Of a DNA stretch of 39,347 nucleotides, positions 37,131 to 39,347 are shown piece by piece (the first letter of the stretch is position 1; each line of letters opens with the position of its first letter). The stretch covers positions 1 to 39,347 of the forward strand of contig JBMFHL010000003.1 in the NCBI GenBank assembly GCA_049976845.1, given 5' to 3'. The stretch is from Candidatus Micrarchaeia archaeon (GTDB lineage Archaea; Micrarchaeota; Micrarchaeia; Micrarchaeales; CABMGC01). The notes beneath the pieces were generated by a model, which ran no database searches, was not told the origin of the DNA, and was given only the letters and a program-made list of their open reading frames with translations. Made by a program: the position numbers and the translations under genes.

Positions 37131-37196
37131 GTGGCTCCGTACGGCACGCAATCTGGTGCGTACTCTCAGGCAATAACGATAGAAAGCAGCTGCTTA
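37131..37196 (+). pseudogene. Remnant 3' end of a paralog of the large surface protein
   Basis: VAPYGTQSGAYSQAITIESSC aligns with GVPGGAPPGSYSQNIIIENSC* (11/21 identical); TTA where the stop would be. Confidence 0.7.
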
Positions 37197-37311
37197 TGCT
37201 GCTTTATCTGCAAGATTATCCATGCGCCGCAAATTGCACGTTAATTGCGTTAGTGATTGAAGCGAACAGCGAAACAATTGCAATCAGGGATTTATCTGGT
37301 AATACTACATA

Positions 37312-37548
37312 TCAGTAAAAGCGCAATTGGTAATCGTCTTTACCATTATCCGAATACTTTCTTATTGCCTCTTTGATTATGCTGCTGTCTATCTTGCAGT
37401 CCATCCTTCTAAGTTCCTTATTTACCACATTGGCGAGCTCTTTTTCGCCCCAATACGGATCCTGTACAGCTATGAAAAAGTCCATGTACTCTTCGCATTC
37501 CTTAGGCATTATCTCTTTTTTGTTTACTATAGGAACTTTGTTTTCCAT
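37312..37548 (-). CDS. Small hypothetical protein (78 aa)
   Basis: ATG-started charged ORF occupying the gap upstream of mvaD; no family recognised. Confidence 0.5.
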   Translation of the reverse strand: MENKVPIVNKKEIMPKECEEYMDFFIAVQDPYWGEKELANVVNKELRRMDCKIDSSIIKEAIRKYSDNGKDDYQLRFY

Positions 37549-37664
37549 AAAGGTCAAATACTTATTTCATCGCTCCTTTTAAAATGTCTATACATAGTTA
37601 GACAGAAAGCGATATCCGCTGCTTTAATTATAAACTTGCTATGCAACGCTAAACCGAAGCAGGT

Positions 37665-38729
37665 GTGATCCAATTGGGCTCAAACAATATCAATGGGAAT
37701 GTTGCAACCGCAGTGGCTTCGCCGAACATAGCGTTGGTAAAATACTGGGGCAACGAAGACGAAAAGCTTATAATACCAAAGAACAGCTCGGTAAGCATGA
37801 CACTAGACGAGAAGCTGAGCACCAAGACGAGCGTGGTGTTCTCGGGCGTGCTCAAGGAAGACCTCTTTTACATAAATGGCGAACTGCAAGACTTATCTAA
37901 CAGCGAGGTAAGGGAAAGATTCAATGTAATAAATATTATGAGAAGCGCTGCAAATATAGACTACAAAGTAGCAATAGTGTCCGAGAACTCCTTTCCTTCA
38001 TCCGCTGGTTTAGCTTCAAGCGCAAGCGGCATAAGCGCCATGGTGTTTGCTGCTAACGAAGCCCTTGAGTTGCACATGAATGCATTTGAGCTTGGGCGCA
38101 TTGCAAGGCGCGGAAGCGGGAGCTCTTGCAGGAGTCTTATGGGCGGATTTGTGAAATGGGAAAAAGGCGTAAAAAGTGACGGCTCCGATTCGTCAATAAG
38201 GCAGATAGCGCCATCATCGCACTGGCCTGAGATTGTCGACTTAATAGCAATAGTGTCAAAATCAAAGAAGAAGGTTTCATCAAGGGCGGGGATGAGAAAG
38301 ACTGTTGAAACAAGCCGGCTATACAAATTAAGGCCGGCATTCGCAGACGAGGCGTGCAATTCAATAGAAAAAGCCATCATTTCAAAGGATTTCGATTCGC
38401 TTGCTGAAATAACGATGAGGGATAGCAACAATATGCATGCCCTGATGCTTGACACTTGGCCTCCTTTGAAATACCTGAACGATACCTCTTTCAAGATAAT
38501 CGAAGCAATACAAGGACTTAACAGCTCCTATGGCAAGAATGTCGCAGCATATACTTTTGATGCAGGTCCAAATGCACATATAATAACGCTCAAAAGCCAC
38601 ATAGGCAAGGTGAATGATGCACTGGATTGCATAAGCGGAATAGAGAAAATAATAGAAGCAGGGATTGGGAACGGCCCAAGGCTCCTTCATGAATCAGAGT
38701 CAATAATCTCTAAATATGTGAAGATTTAG
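37665..38729 (+). CDS. mvaD: Diphosphomevalonate (or phosphomevalonate) decarboxylase
   Basis: NIALVKYWG, NSSVSMTL, SENSFPSSAGLASSASG, ARRGSGSSCRS, KKVSSRAGM, DSNNMHA, YTFDAGPNAH. Confidence 0.93.
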   Translation: MIQLGSNNINGNVATAVASPNIALVKYWGNEDEKLIIPKNSSVSMTLDEKLSTKTSVVFSGVLKEDLFYINGELQDLSNSEVRERFNVINIMRSAANIDYKVAIVSENSFPSSAGLASSASGISAMVFAANEALELHMNAFELGRIARRGSGSSCRSLMGGFVKWEKGVKSDGSDSSIRQIAPSSHWPEIVDLIAIVSKSKKKVSSRAGMRKTVETSRLYKLRPAFADEACNSIEKAIISKDFDSLAEITMRDSNNMHALMLDTWPPLKYLNDTSFKIIEAIQGLNSSYGKNVAAYTFDAGPNAHIITLKSHIGKVNDALDCISGIEKIIEAGIGNGPRLLHESESIISKYVKI

Positions 38730-38782
38730 TTTTGTAATCTAGCAAGGGCATTTATGCAATATATAACTTTGCAGATACCTTT

Positions 38783-38925
38783 TCACTGCTTGCTTAGTGC
38801 TTTCCCAATCGCCTCAAGGTCAAAAAGAAGCACATGCTCCTTCTCTGCAATTTCTTTCATCTCCTCAGTGAAGCCGCTTTTGCTGAAGAGTGCGAAGCCA
38901 AACAGGATTGCAAGTTGACCAAAAC
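38783..38925 (-). pseudogene. C-terminal fragment of an archaeal ATPase/DUF234-type gene
   Basis: Reverse strand reads LFGFALFSKSGFTEEMKEIAEKEHVLLFDLEAIGKALSKQ*; FSKSGF is typical of that C-terminus; an in-frame stop lies just upstream. Confidence 0.65.
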
Positions 38926-38951
38926 TCTCTTATCTAGAAGTATTATGGTTT

Positions 38952-39061
38952 GTGGGGATGCAACCACCAGAAGAAAGGTTTATCTGGTGCATATACCAGC
39001 CTTTTCGGCAAGAGGACCTGCGCTCTATGTAGGTTTATAAGGGCAAAGCCCGCATGTCATG
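38952..39061 (+). mobile_element. Non-autonomous IS200/IS605-end-like structured element related to 8831-8910
   Basis: 31-nt end repeat (39031-39061) plus GTGGGGAT...TCGGCAAGAGGACC, similar to the reverse complement of 8835-8872. Confidence 0.6.
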
Positions 39062-39227
39062 CTTTTGCGATATCTAGTTTTTAAGAGCAGGTTTATATTA
39101 TATCAATTGCATCAATTCCGTCAGGTTGCCTCTCTAGCGCTTTTTTATCTGGTACTATAAGCAGCTTGTGCAATCTGCCAAATTTGCTAAGATTTTTCTA
39201 TGTTATTATTTAGCTTGCACTGAGCTG

Positions 39228-39260
39228 GAAATCCCACACTCTTTAGAGGTGGGATGTCAC
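39228..39260 (+). repeat. IS200/IS605 end-like hairpin ending in TCAC
   Basis: GAA ATCCCAC ACTCT TT AGAG GTGGGAT G TCAC; resembles the GAA-stem-loop-TCAC ends of IS605/IS1341 elements. Confidence 0.6.
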
Positions 39261-39346
39261 TCTCTGCACCATTTTTCTATAGCTGCCTTGACTTCTTCAA
39301 ACCTAGGCAAAGGCTCAAAAACAAGATTTTTTAATTCATTTTCGAA
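39257..39346 (-). CDS. 3' end of a gene truncated by the window edge, possibly a second AbiEii-like toxin
   Basis: Reverse strand FENELKNLVFEPLPRFEEVKAAIEKWCRE*, similar in pattern to the toxin C-terminus WDKELLRLLQKDAFVSYAKAKSAVIEYF. Confidence 0.45.
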   Translation of the reverse strand, partial: FENELKNLVFEPLPRFEEVKAAIEKWCRE

Positions 39347-39347
39347 A

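Noticed and set aside
1-39347. CRISPR array, rRNA genes, prophage or integrase
   Set aside because: No regularly spaced repeats, rRNA-like tracts or viral hallmark proteins were seen.

Overview
Gene-dense archaeal chromosomal segment, most consistent with a DPANN (Micrarchaeota/ARMAN-like) genome. This lineage call is an inference from the archaeal histone, Sec61beta, BHB-type tRNA introns (one in the T-loop), reduced RNase P RNA and Asn/Ser/Thr-rich surface proteins. Core content: nnr, argS, a gatC-gatA-gatB-aspS operon with a bacterial-type AspRS, glnA, an asparaginase-like gene, thyX, an HMG-CoA-synthase-like gene, mvaD, four tRNAs and RNase P RNA. Accessory content: two GT39/PMT-like glycosyltransferases, a surface-protein cluster with a MinD ATPase and a 1595-aa modular surface protein, an AbiEi/AbiEii type IV toxin-antitoxin pair, a decayed IS200-type tnpA and related hairpin ends, and gene remnants. 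Best leads: (1) the tRNA-Met intron carries C/D-box-like motifs and an antisense element positioned to guide methylation of its own C34; (2) divergent enzymes with basic C-terminal tails that could be export signals; (3) a surface-protein/MinD cluster with a pilin-like C-terminal module plus a paralog remnant; (4) a histone gene head-to-head with a GNAT acetyltransferase. All calls are by-eye motif reading; no searches were run.
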